Below are positions 1 to 13,950 of a DNA stretch of 64,000 nucleotides, in pieces. Position 1 is the stretch's first letter. Every line of letters starts with the position of its first letter. The DNA lies in contig NC_043006.1 in NCBI RefSeq assembly GCF_006345805.1, positions 15,562,001-15,626,000 on the forward strand, written 5' to 3'. Under the pieces are notes generated by a model. That model did no database searches. It was not told where the DNA came from and saw nothing but the letters and a program-made list of their open reading frames with translations. Position numbers and translations under genes: made by a program. This DNA comes from Octopus sinensis. Lineage: Eukaryota.

Positions 1-38
<38 letters not shown>

Positions 39-64
39 ACATATATATATATATATATATATAC

Positions 65-100
<36 letters not shown>
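1..100. repeat. Compound microsatellite (CT)n-(AT)n-(GT)n
   Basis: Directly visible dinucleotide runs. Confidence 0.95.
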
Positions 101-104
<4 letters not shown>

Positions 105-413
105 AGGCGCAATGGCCCAGTGATTAGGACAGCGGACTCGCGGTCGTAAGATCGCGGTTTCGATTCGCAGACCAGGCGTTGTGAGTGTTTATTGAGCGAA
201 AACACTTAAAGCTCCACGAGGCAACGGCAGGGGTTGGTGGCGATCCTTGCTGTACTCTTTCGCCACAACTTTCTCTCACTCTTTCTTCTGTTGGCCTGCT
301 CGCTTAGCCAGCGAGGTGGCGTCATTTGAAGGCTAAAACGATGCGAAGCTCATTGTGACCAGCGATGTGTAGCAACATCTGATAGCCTGGTCGGTTACGG
401 TGATCACGGTGAT
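101..413 (+). mobile_element. tRNA-derived SINE, family A
   Basis: A-box-like TGGCCCAGTG and B-box-like GGTTTCGATTC, shared core, tail ending GTGATCACGGTGAT. Near-identical copies at 3814 and 15812. Confidence 0.9.
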
Positions 414-859
414 ATATATATATATATATATATATTCATGCATACATGTGTGTGTGTGTGTGTGCGTATCACGAAACTGCAAAACTGTTTCCCAATAATA
501 ATTATTGGCAGGGTAAAAATGTGCTCATTGTTTGAAAATTTGTTAACAATTCTGAAAAATCGATACTGTAGAACGGCATTATGCGTATTATAATTTTCGA
601 CTACTCCCCCTTGTACGACTCGCGTATAAATTACATAAACCTTTAGTGCATCATTACTTCTTCAATTCTACTTATGCGTCCATATGCAAATGCATGCTCT
701 ACATTTTTTCCTATGGGTTCCTCCGCTTAATGATCAATATAATTGACGTGTGCATGTCGTAATGAGTTACACATTTTAAATTGGAGGTGAGGAAAACAAC
801 CTTTATACAAAGCAAAACTGAATTGATTTTATTTTATGTAAATGGTTTATGCATCTGTA

Positions 860-981
860 AATGTACATATATATATATATAATATATATATATACATACA
901 ACACACACACACACACACATATATATATATTATATATATATATACATATATATATACATATATATACATATATATACATCC

Positions 982-1012
<31 letters not shown>

Positions 1013-1110
1013 TATACATATATATATATATACACACACACACACATATATATATATTATATATATATATAATACACACATATATATATATATATATATA
1101 TACAAACATA
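860..1110. repeat. (TA)n/(CA)n compound microsatellite
   Basis: Visible; accounts for the YI/HT-rich ORFs at 803-1175. Confidence 0.95.
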
Positions 1111-2562
1111 CATGCAGCGACATATTTACGCATACTCATGTAGTATGCATTTACTGTTAAATGTGAGATGTACACAATTAAGTGTGTTATTCATATTTTG
1201 TCGACGAGGTTTTACTAAATTTTTATGACAAATCTTATAACAAAGCTTGAGTATTAATTTTTGCAATTTGTCTAAACAAATAACCAAACAAAAGAACAAA
1301 GAATAAATCAGAACAAAGTAGAATCATAAAGATATTTTATGTTTTATACTTTATATAACTTTTGTTTTCCTTTTCAAATGTTCTCTTTAATTAAGCGATT
1401 CATTTGCTTTGAGGTCATAATATTAAGAAGCAAATAAATATTTTTCACAAAGTCGACACATTTAATCGTTGTATGTTTTCAGTAACAAACTCAAAAGCTG
1501 TTGATGCTATAGCGTGTCATTGTATTTTCAATAGCTTTTATTTCTAAATACCATATTCTTTAAATAACAATCATTTGCTGCCATATATAAGTTCCATGCA
1601 ATATAAACTACTAAATGGACTTTTAGTTCGATTTTACAAAGTTTTCAAGGAAGCGTGGGTTAAACTAGAAATACGAATGATTCTACTTTTAATCGTTGTC
1701 TGCTGTGCCTTTAACCTAATCAACCGATTTTATTTCTGTTAGTGGTAAAATGAGTTCCGAACGACCAGGTGTCAACTGAATTCGTTAATGGTTTAGAATC
1801 TTGTATTAACCTTAAAATATCATGTTTTGTATTTGATTTAGTCGAGTAAATTGTAATCTTCCAACGATACTAAGCAATAGTCATGTCTGTTTTATTATAT
1901 TACTGAGTCTCTTAACGAACTTATTATAACTTCTGATGGAGTGTACATTTCCAAGTTTATATAATTCTCCACAAATGTTGTTTTTGTTATATTGTTGTTA
2001 GTACACTTACGATTATAAGAACTTTTGACACTGTGTCACCGATAAATAGAAAATGAATAGACTTGAGAATAAAAGAATAATTCTATTAAAACGTAATTAT
2101 ATAAATGGCTTTGACTGAATTAGTTATTAACCAGGCTAAATGCTTTATACTGTTTAGTTTTTTTTCTTATTCATCTTTCTATCCATCTCCATCTTTCTTT
2201 TCATTTTCCTATTTTGGTTTTGGTTTCAAATAATACCGACATTACTTTTGGCATTAATTTAACCGAAGTCGATCAATTAGGTACCAGCAATTCATATGAC
2301 TGATTCCGTCACATGACCATTTAAAAAGGAAAAATTCTTCCATTTTAGTACGAAGTGAGCTCGAATAAAGTAGGCTTATGATCAGATATACAAACCATGA
2401 TAATCATTTATTTTATTTTATATCTATAACCACGCCGTCCAGCGGTTTTTTCCCTTTTAATTATGTTAGATGTGGTTTTCTGGAGCTGACTGCTAAACTT
2501 AAGATGTCAAGCAACTACTTGAAAGCTTTCTAATGTGTTCGATATTGATAAAGATAGCTAAA

Positions 2563-2861
2563 TAAGAAACTTACAAACGTTTAGATTCTTCAAGGTGGGT
2601 GCATCGATAGAATCCTACTAGAATCGATTATGTGGCCTTAAGTTTAGTTCAAACCCCACTCACAGTGACTACTATTACTACTACCACTACAACTACTGCT
2701 AGTACTACTACTACTAGTAGTAGTAGCAGTAGTTGTAGTGGTAGTAGTAATAGTAGTCACTGTGAGTGGGGTTTGAACTAAACTTAAGGCCACATAATCG
2801 ATTCTATAGGATTCTATCGATGCACCCACCTTGAAGAATCTAAACGTTTGTAAGTTTCTTA
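2563..2861. repeat. ~299-bp near-perfect fold-back palindrome
   Basis: 2563-2700 is the reverse complement of 2725-2861 apart from one 1-nt indel; the centre is (ACT)n|(AGT)n. Confidence 0.95.
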
Positions 2862-2959
2862 CTAGTAGTAGTAGTAGTACTACTACCACTACTACTATCA
2901 CCACCACCACCACCACCTCCACCACCACCACCACCTCCACCACCACCACAACCACCACC

Positions 2960-3020
<61 letters not shown>

Positions 3021-3097
3021 TTGCTGCTGCTGCTGCTGCTGCTACTGCTACCACTCCTGCTACTACTACTGCTACTACTACTGCTACTACTGCTGCT
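2862..3097. repeat. Trinucleotide array (AGT)/(ACT)/(ACC)/(GCT)
   Basis: Visible; source of the poly-V and poly-T ORFs. Confidence 0.95.
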
Positions 3098-3290
3098 GCA
3101 GAAGGTTATTGCTGACTTTTCTCTATAAATTTTACATTAAACCAAAGTATAGACGTAAGTATCGATGTTTAGAGACCAAAATATAAAGCTGTACTATCCC
3201 AAACACGAAGACGACATAAAGATAATATGACTTAACTAGAGGTATATGGAGCTACGTTGACTGAAATATAGGTGTGTATTTTTATACTAA

Positions 3291-3573
3291 GTGGAGGCAC
3301 ATGGCCTAGTGGTTAGAGCAGTGGACTCGTGGTCAAAGGATCGCGGCGTCGAATCTCAGGATTGTGGGTTCGAATCGTGGTTTCGGCAGAAGGTAGTGGC
3401 GAATCTCTGCCGACTCTCTCGACACAACTTTCTCTCACTCTTTCTTCCTGCATCTTACAGCTCACCTGCGACGGACCGGCGTCCCGTCCAGGTGGGGAAC
3501 CTATACGCCAAGGAAACTGGGAAACTGGCCCTTATTAGCCAGGCATGGCTTGAGAAGGAACAAACAACAAAAC
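3291..3573 (+). mobile_element. tRNA-derived SINE, family B (rearranged head)
   Basis: 13-bp TSD ATTTTTATACTAA (3278-3290 / 3574-3586). Same tail as the 42791 and 63174 copies. B-box region duplicated and part of the core deleted. Confidence 0.9.
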
Positions 3574-3813
3574 ATTTTTATACTAAACCTTGAAATGAGG
3601 AAAAGGTTTCGCTGCGGAAATCGTCTCAGGAGAGAAATTCTACTCATAGATAATGTGTATGAAATATACACCAGTGGGCTACGAATGATGTCATCGGACC
3701 GTAGGACATGGGGTTCTGCATCCTTAAACTTCATTAGCTACAGTAATCGAGTATGTTATTCACATTTCCATAAAAACTTCATTTTTCGCATTTAAGTAGC
3801 AAATAATAAATGT

Positions 3814-4120
3814 GTGGAGGCGCAATGGCCTAGTGGTTAGGGCAGCGGACTCGCGGTCGCAGGATCGCGGTTTCGATTCCCAGACCGGGCGTTGTGTGTG
3901 TTTATTGAGCGAAAACACCTAAAAGCTCCACGAGGCTCCGGCAGGGCATGGTGATCCCTACTGTACTCTTTCACCACTCTTTCTCCCACTCTTTCTTTTG
4001 TTGGCCTGCTCGCTTAGCCAGCGGGGTGGCGTCATTCGAAGGCTAAAAAACAATGCGAACGCATTGTGACCAGCGATGTGTAACAACATCTGATGGTCTG
4101 GTAGGTCACGTGATCACATG
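3814..4120 (+). mobile_element. tRNA-derived SINE, family A
   Basis: 11-bp TSD ATAATAAATGT (3803-3813 / 4121-4131); A and B boxes present. Confidence 0.92.
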
Positions 4121-4289
4121 ATAATAAATGTAGTGATTCGATCAAAGCTTTGCTAAGCTGAAATGAATTGAGTAGAGTCACACTAAGCATTTAATTTATT
4201 CCATACCTTGTTTTTAGGATACTTCAAAAACCATGTCGAAATATGTGCGACGCATACATCTGGGTCCTACCATGACATGTCACACAAAT

Positions 4290-4435
4290 ATATTCTTTTC
4301 TACTCTAGGCAAAAGACCCAAAATTTTGAGGGAGGAAGTCAGTCGATTAGATCGACCCCAGTTCGCAACTGGTACTTAATTTATCGACCCCGAAAGGATG
4401 AAAGGCAAAGTCGACCTAGGTAGAATTTGAACTGA
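4290..4435 (-). mobile_element. SINE family E, 3' fragment
   Basis: TCGACCCCGAAAGGATGAAAGGCAAAGTCGAC block shared with copies near 8.3, 19.7, 40.1 and 44.8 kb. Confidence 0.75.
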
Positions 4436-4905
4436 AGTTCCGAGTCTAAGGTGTAACTACAGGCAAAAATAATACGTGAATCATCCGCTCATCGATAGCC
4501 TGTATATGGATCAATGCGCCATAATGGAATACTAAGAAGTACTGGTAACCATACTGAATACTGGTTAGTTGTCAGCTTTGTAGAGCAATTTGAGAAAGCG
4601 AGCTAACTCTTGTGTAGAGGTACATCTAGTTAGGAGAGGTCAACATGCACGAAGATACTGAAACGGAATAGGTTGTTGTGAGAGGTCAGTTTAGTGAGAT
4701 ATACTAGAGTACAACATACCACTGGGAGTGGTTAGCTTGTAGTATGGTCAATGGTAGAAATAATAGTAACAACATCAGTTACAACTCCAACACGCCGGAG
4801 AACCCGAACAGCCTCAAACATCTCTCTCTCCCGTAAATATTATCAAACCGCCCCACCGTCATCTGGCGACAGGAGAGTCAGCTGTTGTCGAATATTTGTT
4901 GACAT

Positions 4906-4949
4906 AAGATGACGTCCATTTTGATAATAGACAAAATGGACGTCATCTT
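4906..4949. other. Perfect 18-bp hairpin with 8-nt loop
   Basis: AAGATGACGTCCATTTTG (4906-4923) pairs with CAAAATGGACGTCATCTT (4932-4949). Confidence 0.9.
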
Positions 4950-5196
4950 TAACGTAAGGTTATTCATGATATCCTTCAAAGCTTTATCAGATTTGTAAAC
5001 AGGTAAGCATAAGATATTTTAAACAACAGTTCATCACGGTCTATTCAAATTTCAGATCATATACAAGCACACACTCATACACGCACACAAAAACACAAAC
5101 AAGGACACATTTTCACACACACACCACACACACACACACACCACATTCACACATATACATAAATATATGTGTATATATATGTGTAATATGTATATG

Positions 5197-5198
5197 TG

Positions 5199-5274
<76 letters not shown>

Positions 5275-5291
5275 CATCCATCCATCCATCC

Positions 5292-5343
<52 letters not shown>

Positions 5344-5347
5344 CTCC

Positions 5348-5403
<56 letters not shown>
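5197..5403. repeat. (TATC)n/(TCCA)n/(TC)n/(TA)n microsatellite
   Basis: Visible. Confidence 0.95.
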
Positions 5404-5404
<1 letters not shown>

Positions 5405-6254
5405 CGTAAATATATATGTGCGTACATATATACACATACGTACATACAAACAGATACGTATAGTTGTATATATTAAGTTGCTCCTCTATCTCTCGCTTTC
5501 TCTCATCTCTCTAATGCAAATATACGTAAACACACATATATTTGCATATGTATGTACCTCGGGGGTTGGGGATAGGGGGGGGTATCCAATTCAAGGCTGG
5601 AAAATAGCAGCGATTGATGTCCTACATCTGAGTAAATTATAAATGTATTCTAATGATGTATTAAATGCATCTTTCAAATAATCAGACGGTAACTTTTAAC
5701 AAAAAACAGAATTGCTGAACAGATGTCTAATGTCAATTTGCTATTAAATTCATTGTCTCACACACACGCGCGCGCACACACACGCACAGACACACACATA
5801 CACACACACACATACGCACACACACACACACATTTATATGTGTTCGTGTATATGTGTATTGTGTACCTTCGTGTACGTATGTTTGTCTATGTGTGAGTAT
5901 ATGTATGTGAGAAGTATGTATCTATGCATTAATCTATGTGTGCGTGCATATATATAATATATATATATAATATATATATTATATATATATATTGTGTGTG
6001 TGTGTGTGTGTGTGTGTGCATGCATATATATGTGTGTGTGTGTCTATCTGTGTGTATGTAAATTGAATCTCTTAGTACCACGCATTGGATAAACAGATCA
6101 ACCGGTATTTCACAATTACATTTTCTGACTAATCTTTTTGTACCTTCCGATCTGCTCGTCTCTGCTTCTCACTTCTTCAATCGTCTACAAACAGAATATT
6201 AACTCTATTCTTCAGCACTCACTTCCTATCTAACCAAATATACCTTTGATTCGG

Positions 6255-6880
6255 CCATAATGGCAGGAAACAACTATCCTTTAATTATCACGGATAACAT
6301 ATATGTCCCCTTAGTTGCCCGACTATCCCATAGGCATAACGAAATAGCAGTAATTTGTGAAACCTGACAGCATTCCCATTAACATTCCAATGCCTTTCAT
6401 ATCTCCACATATTTTCCATGAGTATTTTCCATGAGGCAATGACATTAAGTAAAACTTCCATATTCTCATATGATTCATGATGCAATAGGAATGGAGGGCT
6501 TCATATTACCATTATGGAGACAAATACAGTTTTTAAACTTCGTGTTGAAGAGTCAATAAACAAACACCACTTTGCAGGATCATGATTTTGTGGTAAACAT
6601 TCGAAAAATCCATCGATGTTACTGCAAAAGTAAAGCGGGCCTTCAGCAGAAAGCCACGTTTGTTGAAACACATTTGTCTGCCGAAAGAAAGTTATACGAA
6701 CACCGTGCTCTAGAAGATACTTCTCCTTCAGTCTTGATGTCAACAGTTCTGCTTTATCTTTTGAGAGGAATAGGTCTTTGACAAGGTCATTCAGTTCAGC
6801 TCGGGGAAATTTCTGAGGTTCAAAATCACCGTCATCAGCGAGGTAATCTTCTTCATCGGCACTGTCGTGCACTACATAGA
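6255..6880 (-). pseudogene. Degenerate DNA-transposon transposase, Chapaev3-like (CMC superfamily)
   Basis: Motifs ELNDLVKDLFLSKDKAELLTSRLKEK, LFIDSSTRSLK, HESYENM and, across frameshifts, GMLSGFTNYC and CLWDSRA. Family assignment is from recall, not from an alignment. Confidence 0.7.
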
Positions 6881-7789
6881 TATATTATACCATTGTGGAA
6901 TCAAAGATGATCACGGGATTGAAAATCTGTTCTTTATTTCGTTCTTGAACACTCAGCATTAGGATCTGATTGAAAAGCATTTGGGTTGCTATTTCTAGCA
7001 GGTAAATCTTGGCTGATTCACGCCATTTTAATTGGCGTTTGTCAGATAACATCAGAAAGCAAGGGGTGGGGGCATTTGCTTCGTTAATTTTACGTCGATG
7101 TAAGAATTTCGGGACAAAATGGCCAACAGTTGAAATTCGACCTGGGACTGAAACAATAGAATGATTGCATTACAGACTTGTTATCCGTCCTTAACCTCTG
7201 TATCAGAGTAATGCTATTAAGTTTTCTCTAGTTTGGGGGCTGCAGGCCCAATTAGCCCTCCGCAGGAGTTAGCTTAAAGGTCTGCACAGAGTGCGGCTTT
7301 TAAGCTAGTCAAAACATAGAAGGCAAAGATGAACTCATAAGCAAATACGGTGACACTCTGTTCGATACTGTGACAATACGGCTAATTCGACCTGTTCAAG
7401 CATAAAAAACCCCGCTTGCATACAAAATGCATGTATACATACATACACACATACATAAAAAGATCTATACATCCATATATAGATGCATACATAAATATAT
7501 TCATATATACATATGCATACACACTGATGCACAAGTCTAAATATCTAATCGTCTATCTGGAAACGCTAGAACTTTTAAGCAAAGGGGCAGATACTTTACA
7601 TTGGAACTGTAATTGTAAGAGTAAAAATATGAAAGACTTGCCTAAAGTTCCATATGCAACAATTTGCATTATATTTATTCAAAATTCAGTAATGGAGTTT
7701 CGTATCTGTTATAAATCAGCTCCCCACTTTTAGGAGGAAAAATATTTTCAGCAAACTGGAAACAAACAAGCATGCACACATAATTGCAT

Positions 7790-8045
7790 ACATGCATACA
7801 TACATACATTCATGCTTGAATACATACAAACATACATACGTACGTACATACATACATACATACATACATACATACATACATACATACATACGTACATACA
7901 TACATACATACATACATACATACATACATACATACATACATACATACATACATACTATACATACATACATACATACGTACATACGTACATACATACATAC
8001 ATACGTATATACATACATACATACATACATACATACATACATACA

Positions 8046-8079
<34 letters not shown>

Positions 8080-8085
8080 CATACT
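7790..8085. repeat. (TACA)n microsatellite
   Basis: Visible. Confidence 0.95.
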
Positions 8086-8247
8086 GCTTGCACGAACGGT
8101 AGTATTTCAAAATATTGTCTTTGCTCTACTTTCTTAAACTCTTTTTGGTCATTGAATATTTATTATATATTTAGAAATGATCTCAGTTCTTAATGTTCGA
8201 TTTGAAGCTCCCTGACTTAATCACTTTATTTGTAATATTTCTGTCTT

Positions 8248-8430
8248 AAGGTGGAGAGCTGGTAGAATCGTTGGCACATTTTTATATCTTCAGTTCAAAT
8301 TCTGGCGAGGTTAAATTTGCCTTTAATCATTTTGGGGTCGATATTGACGCAATTGAACACCTGGGTCGATGTAATCAATTTACCCACGCCCCCGGAAACT
8401 GCTGGCTTGTGCCAAAATTTGACATTAATA
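8248..8430 (+). mobile_element. SINE family E (diverged)
   Basis: Head GGAGAGCTGGTAGAATCGTT, B-box AGTTCAAATTC, GGGGTCGAT core. Confidence 0.7.
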
Positions 8431-9859
8431 TTTCTATGTCCTCTTTCATATATTTCCAGCTCGTTGCAACAATTTTCACCAGTAGAACGGAGTCAGTTTT
8501 CAGGGATGAGTTTAGTTTCCTGTGACAAAATTTACCCCATTCATAGTATAGCCATAAAATTTAGATCCTCCGAATCTGTAGAAAGAAAAGCAAAACCTCG
8601 ACGGAAATGTTCTTGTTTGGATTAATTGTTACCAGGAGATAACATGGAATATTATTGCAATTACACTGTGTAACACGATTTTTGTCCTTGTTATTTCCTA
8701 TTTGTTTACACCTAGAAACTATGAAAACTGGCTAATAGTTCCTTGAAATTTTGCATTTGTTACATTTATCAAACCCTAAGGAATCCCTCTCATCACATGA
8801 CCATGATGCCACCGCCACAACTCTTGCTCATGGTTTCAGATGCATATTTTGTCACTCACTAAAGAATATGCTCGACAGACTAAGGGCAAGCAAAAGACAA
8901 GCAAATCTGTGGTATTGAGCAGAATATTTGCTATATCAATATTTTTGCCGCGACAACTCAGCGCTGACACTCTGAAATGTAATGGAAAATAAGTCAGTTT
9001 CAAAACACTGATGTCCAGGTCACAAAAGCAAACTTTGAAAGGAATAGTAGTAATTTTCTTTGATTTCTAGATAGAAGCAAAAAAAAATATAATAATAGAT
9101 GAATAAAAAAATAAAACAGAATTAAAATTTCGTTACTCCTCTATCTAAGGAAATTTATTGACATTCAAATATAAATTGAATAAATATTTTCTCTGTGAAA
9201 TTTGAAAGCAAATTTGAAACAGCAATCAACGGACTGAGGAACTATTTATATTTGGACAACTCTTTGAAGCATGTCAAAAATCGCTACAGGTTTTTGTAAC
9301 ATATCTTTGTTGTTATATGACACAACTGGTAAAAATACGTTGTAAATGATAATATATGCGTACATATTTAACTAAGCTTCTATGCACAGCGGGATGATAA
9401 GTTCAAACGTTGGCCACGAGCAAGGAAAATGCTTTACGACTAGTGATCTATATGAAGGTATAAACACACAGACACATGGGGCTTCAGTATAGTTTTCCAA
9501 ATGTATTTTGCTTTCTAACAAAAAATAACATATATGGATAATTCACTTGAAATAGAAGAGAACTATAGATGCCTCGACGTAAGTAATATCAATATGTTAT
9601 ATCAAATGATGTAGAGCAAGTTGTTGTCAGTCAGTGATGCACTTTAAACTATCAATTGAAGCATATTTAACCATTAAGTGAAACTGTTTTTTTATACGCT
9701 CCACATGGAATTCCGGACATTCGAATTTTTTTCCCCTGCAAATATGATAGATTTGTGCTTGGCAAAAAGAAAAAAAAAATGTTATTCTGTGTGGTGGGCG
9801 ATTGAAATACTAAAAGAATAAAGCGTTGCATACACACATCACCCCAACACGTATTTACC

Positions 9860-9873
9860 AATATATATATATG

Positions 9874-9951
<78 letters not shown>

Positions 9952-9952
9952 C

Positions 9953-10012
<60 letters not shown>

Positions 10013-10718
10013 TATATAATATATATATATATATACATACATATATATATAATATAATATATATATATATATGTATCGTGCATGTACCACACCCTCGCGT
10101 TCTTTTGTGTCTTTTTTCTCGTCTATATATATACATACATATATATATATACATACATATATAGATACATATATATATATATATATACATACATACATAC
10201 ATATACATTCATGCTCTCTCCCAATCTCTAAACGTCTATAGTATAGATTCATGTGCACACATACATACATGCTATATGTTGATGTGTGTAGAAGTTTGTT
10301 TAAGTGTATATGTGTGTGCGCTCGCGCGTGTGTGTGTAAATGGATGTTAGACGTATACAACTTTAGAAATATCTATAAACATAATGAATTATTTATTCAA
10401 TAGTTATTCAGGTGTTTATACGTTTCTCAATGCCTTTGTTGATGACTTCGGACAGAAAGAAATGTCCATAAATAATATTTACTCCCACGGTAGATTCATT
10501 TGATTCCAGTCTCACTATGGAACACCTGAGCCAAAGCTCTGTGGCGTTCAAAGAGCATACGATAAATTGCTTTGTTTGTCTTCATTTTTCCCCTCTCATT
10601 CGTGTGTCTTCAACATTTCAATGTCTCTCCTCTCTCTCATTGCATACATGAATATATATATATATATATACATATATATATACATATACATATATATACA
10701 TATATATATATATGTATA

Positions 10719-10759
<41 letters not shown>

Positions 10760-10911
10760 GTATATATATATGTATATATATATATATGTATATATATATA
10801 TAATATATATATATATATAATATATATATATATATGTATATATATTATATGTATATATATATATATATGTATATGTATATATATACATATATATACATAT
10901 ATATATATATT

Positions 10912-10944
<33 letters not shown>

Positions 10945-10955
10945 ATCTATATATG

Positions 10956-10992
<37 letters not shown>

Positions 10993-11089
10993 GTATATAT
11001 ATATATGTATATATATATATGCATATATATATGTATATATATATGTGTATATATATATATATGTTATATATATGTATATATATATATAT

Positions 11090-11185
<96 letters not shown>
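9860..11185. repeat. Long (TA)n-based compound microsatellites with a short unique spacer
   Basis: Visible at 9860-10210 and 10630-11185. Confidence 0.9.
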
Positions 11186-11187
<2 letters not shown>

Positions 11188-11270
11188 GGTCCCGGGTTGA
11201 TTCGGGGTTAACCACAGTAAATAAGGTACTCAATACATAGTAGAGTAAAATTAATTTATTATATAGAAGG

Positions 11271-11321
11271 AGCTTCTACAGGACTAGAACTGTTTCATTC
11301 AAGAGAAATCTTCAGGAAGCT
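11271..11321 (-). ncRNA. Type I hammerhead ribozyme motif
   Basis: Minus strand: AGCTTC CTGAAGA TTTC-TCTT-GAAT GAAA CAG-TTCTAGTC-CTG TA GAAGCT. 6-bp stem I, stem III and GUA site intact; one mismatch at the base of stem II. Confidence 0.75.
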
Positions 11322-11559
11322 AGTTAACAAGAATTGTATTGGCATTTATACATTTAGGCAGGTTTAAAGGGGTGTTGGTGGGGGACTTTTTGGGGGTAGG
11401 CATAGCGCAAAATATCATACTTGGGGAGGTGGTCAAGGAGTCAGTGTTAAATTAGATAGAAGAATAAATAAAAAAATTAAAAAATATATAAAAAAATATA
11501 TAAAAAATATATAAAAAAAGGAATAGAGTTTTAGGTAAATAAGGAGATTCTCACTTATA

Positions 11560-11933
11560 CCTATGCACATATGTATACATATATACACACACATACAAAC
11601 ATATATACATATACATACACACATACGTACACACACACATATATACATATATATACACTTACACATACATATACATATCTACACATACACATATATGTAT
11701 ACATACACACATACACACACTCACATGCATACACGTATACACACATGTATATATACACACACGACCACACATACATATACACACAGAAAAATATATATAC
11801 ACATACACACACATACTCACATACACGCATACACACACATATCCACACACACATATGCACACACAGCACACTAGTCCCTATATACACATATATACACATA
11901 CACACACATATACACACACATACATATACATAC

Positions 11934-11983
<50 letters not shown>

Positions 11984-12681
11984 GTGTACCTATGCATACC
12001 TACACATACACACATATATATACACATACAAATACAGACCCATTCCCTAATTTTAATTTTATTATCTTCATTTATTACTTTTGTTATCTTTGATCGCTGG
12101 TCACAAACATCTTGGCTATGACAGCCAGTCCATTTATCTGTCTACTGGAAAACAAGCACTCATTTACTCACGCACACTCTTTAGCACGTACACTCACTCA
12201 TTCGCACACTCATACACATACACGCACGCACGCGTTATATTCATACATACATACATCTACATACATTCACGTATATACACATACGTACGCGTACCTACAG
12301 ATTCATGTCTACACTCTTAGAAGGCTAGTCTATACATATACACCAATAAATATAAATACACACACATACATATACACCTACATACAAATACATACATGTA
12401 TATATATATATACATATACATACATATTCACATATATATACATACATATATATATACATATATATATATATATACATATACATACACATACACATATACA
12501 TATATATATATACATATACACACACATACACATACATACATATACACACATACACATACATACGTATACATACATCCATACATCCATACATATATATATA
12601 TATATTATATATATATATATATGCGTGTTTGCGTTTACCGGTCGATGTGTATGTGTGTGTATGAATCTTGTGCGCGTGTAC

Positions 12682-12713
<32 letters not shown>

Positions 12714-13030
12714 TATATACATTTATATAAGAACACATGCATTGCATACATATATGCGTACACACACACACACTTATATTGTATGAATATCTTACAAGGG
12801 TATACTATATATGTGTGTGTAAATACGCGTCTGTATATGTATATGTACACAAACATGAATGCTCATGCACACACATACACACACGTACACGTCGTACACT
12901 CATACACACATATATACGTGTACAATTTCGGATGTACCCATCTATTGTGTAAAGGATATAAGGCTATTTGTGGTGTGTGTGTGTGTGTATGTGTGCGTGT
13001 GTGTGCGCGCGCGTCTGTGTCTGTGTGTTA
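11560..13030. repeat. Degenerate (CA)/(TA)/(TG) low-complexity tract
   Basis: Visible. Confidence 0.9.
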
Positions 13031-13669
13031 CAGTGTTCAGGAATATATTTCGTCTCGCATCAATTTTATTCTTTAAAGAAAACCAAATGGCGGTTGTTCA
13101 CCTTTGATTTCTGGGGCAGCTTTTTCTCTTTTAAGTTTTCGAAACAGACACATTTTAAAGAATTTCTATATCAATTTATTTCCATCGTATTTATATATAT
13201 GATTTCCTCCAATCATACGTCTATTTATGCGACACTTTTCTTTCAGATATATCATTCTAAATATATGTCGCTTCGATCGTTTCATTTTTATCTTCATGGT
13301 TATAGGGCCTGCGTACTCACGTATTGATTTAATGTTTTAATATCATCTGAAACACATATATACCAAATATATCTATGTTATTTTGTATACCTTTAGGTGT
13401 TGGTTCTGTTTACAATTCGTTTCTACTGTCTCGCATCTTTTCTACAAACTAACAAGATTGGTAAGAGACGTAGAATAATGCAGCAATTATGATAACGATT
13501 TATCTTGAAAAATACCTTGTTTACAATAGATTCTGCAGGAGATACGCCCGTTATTCAATGGTAATTTTCTCAACAATGAAAAAGACTGCGTTTAAATGGA
13601 TAACCTTAATGGTTATGCATTTGTGTGTGTGTGCGTGTGAGTGTGTGTGTAAATGTGTGTGTGTGTGTA

Positions 13670-13950
13670 TTTACGGATTTTTGGTTAGGGCGTTGCACTC
13701 GCGATCGTTAGATTGTGATTTCAATTCCTAGACCGGGTGGTACGTTGTGTTCTTGAGCAAAACACTTCCTCTCACGTTGCTATGTAATCACTTCGACACC
13801 TGACGCGTGTTACACCGTACACCTGTCCAAGCAACGTCAATTTGAGGCAGAGAGCGAGCTAATGTGTGACACGAACATTTGGTTACTATAAACAAATCCT
13901 CTGTGCACGTCATCTGACAAAAGCTGAACGCGCATCCGTCATCTTCGACA
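13670..13950 (+). mobile_element. Old tRNA-derived SINE, family F-like
   Basis: Degenerate A and B boxes and TTGAGCAAAACACTT...TCACGTTGCT core, also seen at 41057. Confidence 0.55.

Noticed and set aside
101-180. tRNA gene calls for SINE heads
   Set aside because: A and B boxes are present, but the sequence continues into SINE core and tail with TSDs and no complete cloverleaf is evident.
10435-10475. TTGATGA...GAAATGTC hammerhead-like relic
   Set aside because: Core, stem I and stem III are all mutated; compatible with chance. Similar weak cases at ~19415, ~29350(-), ~30672, ~35125 and ~37575(-) were also not called.
803-13327. Numerous ORFs rich in YI, HT, CV and MYVC (also at 32-38, 45-47 and 55-57 kb)
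   Set aside because: They are translations of microsatellites that lack stop codons; no protein signal.
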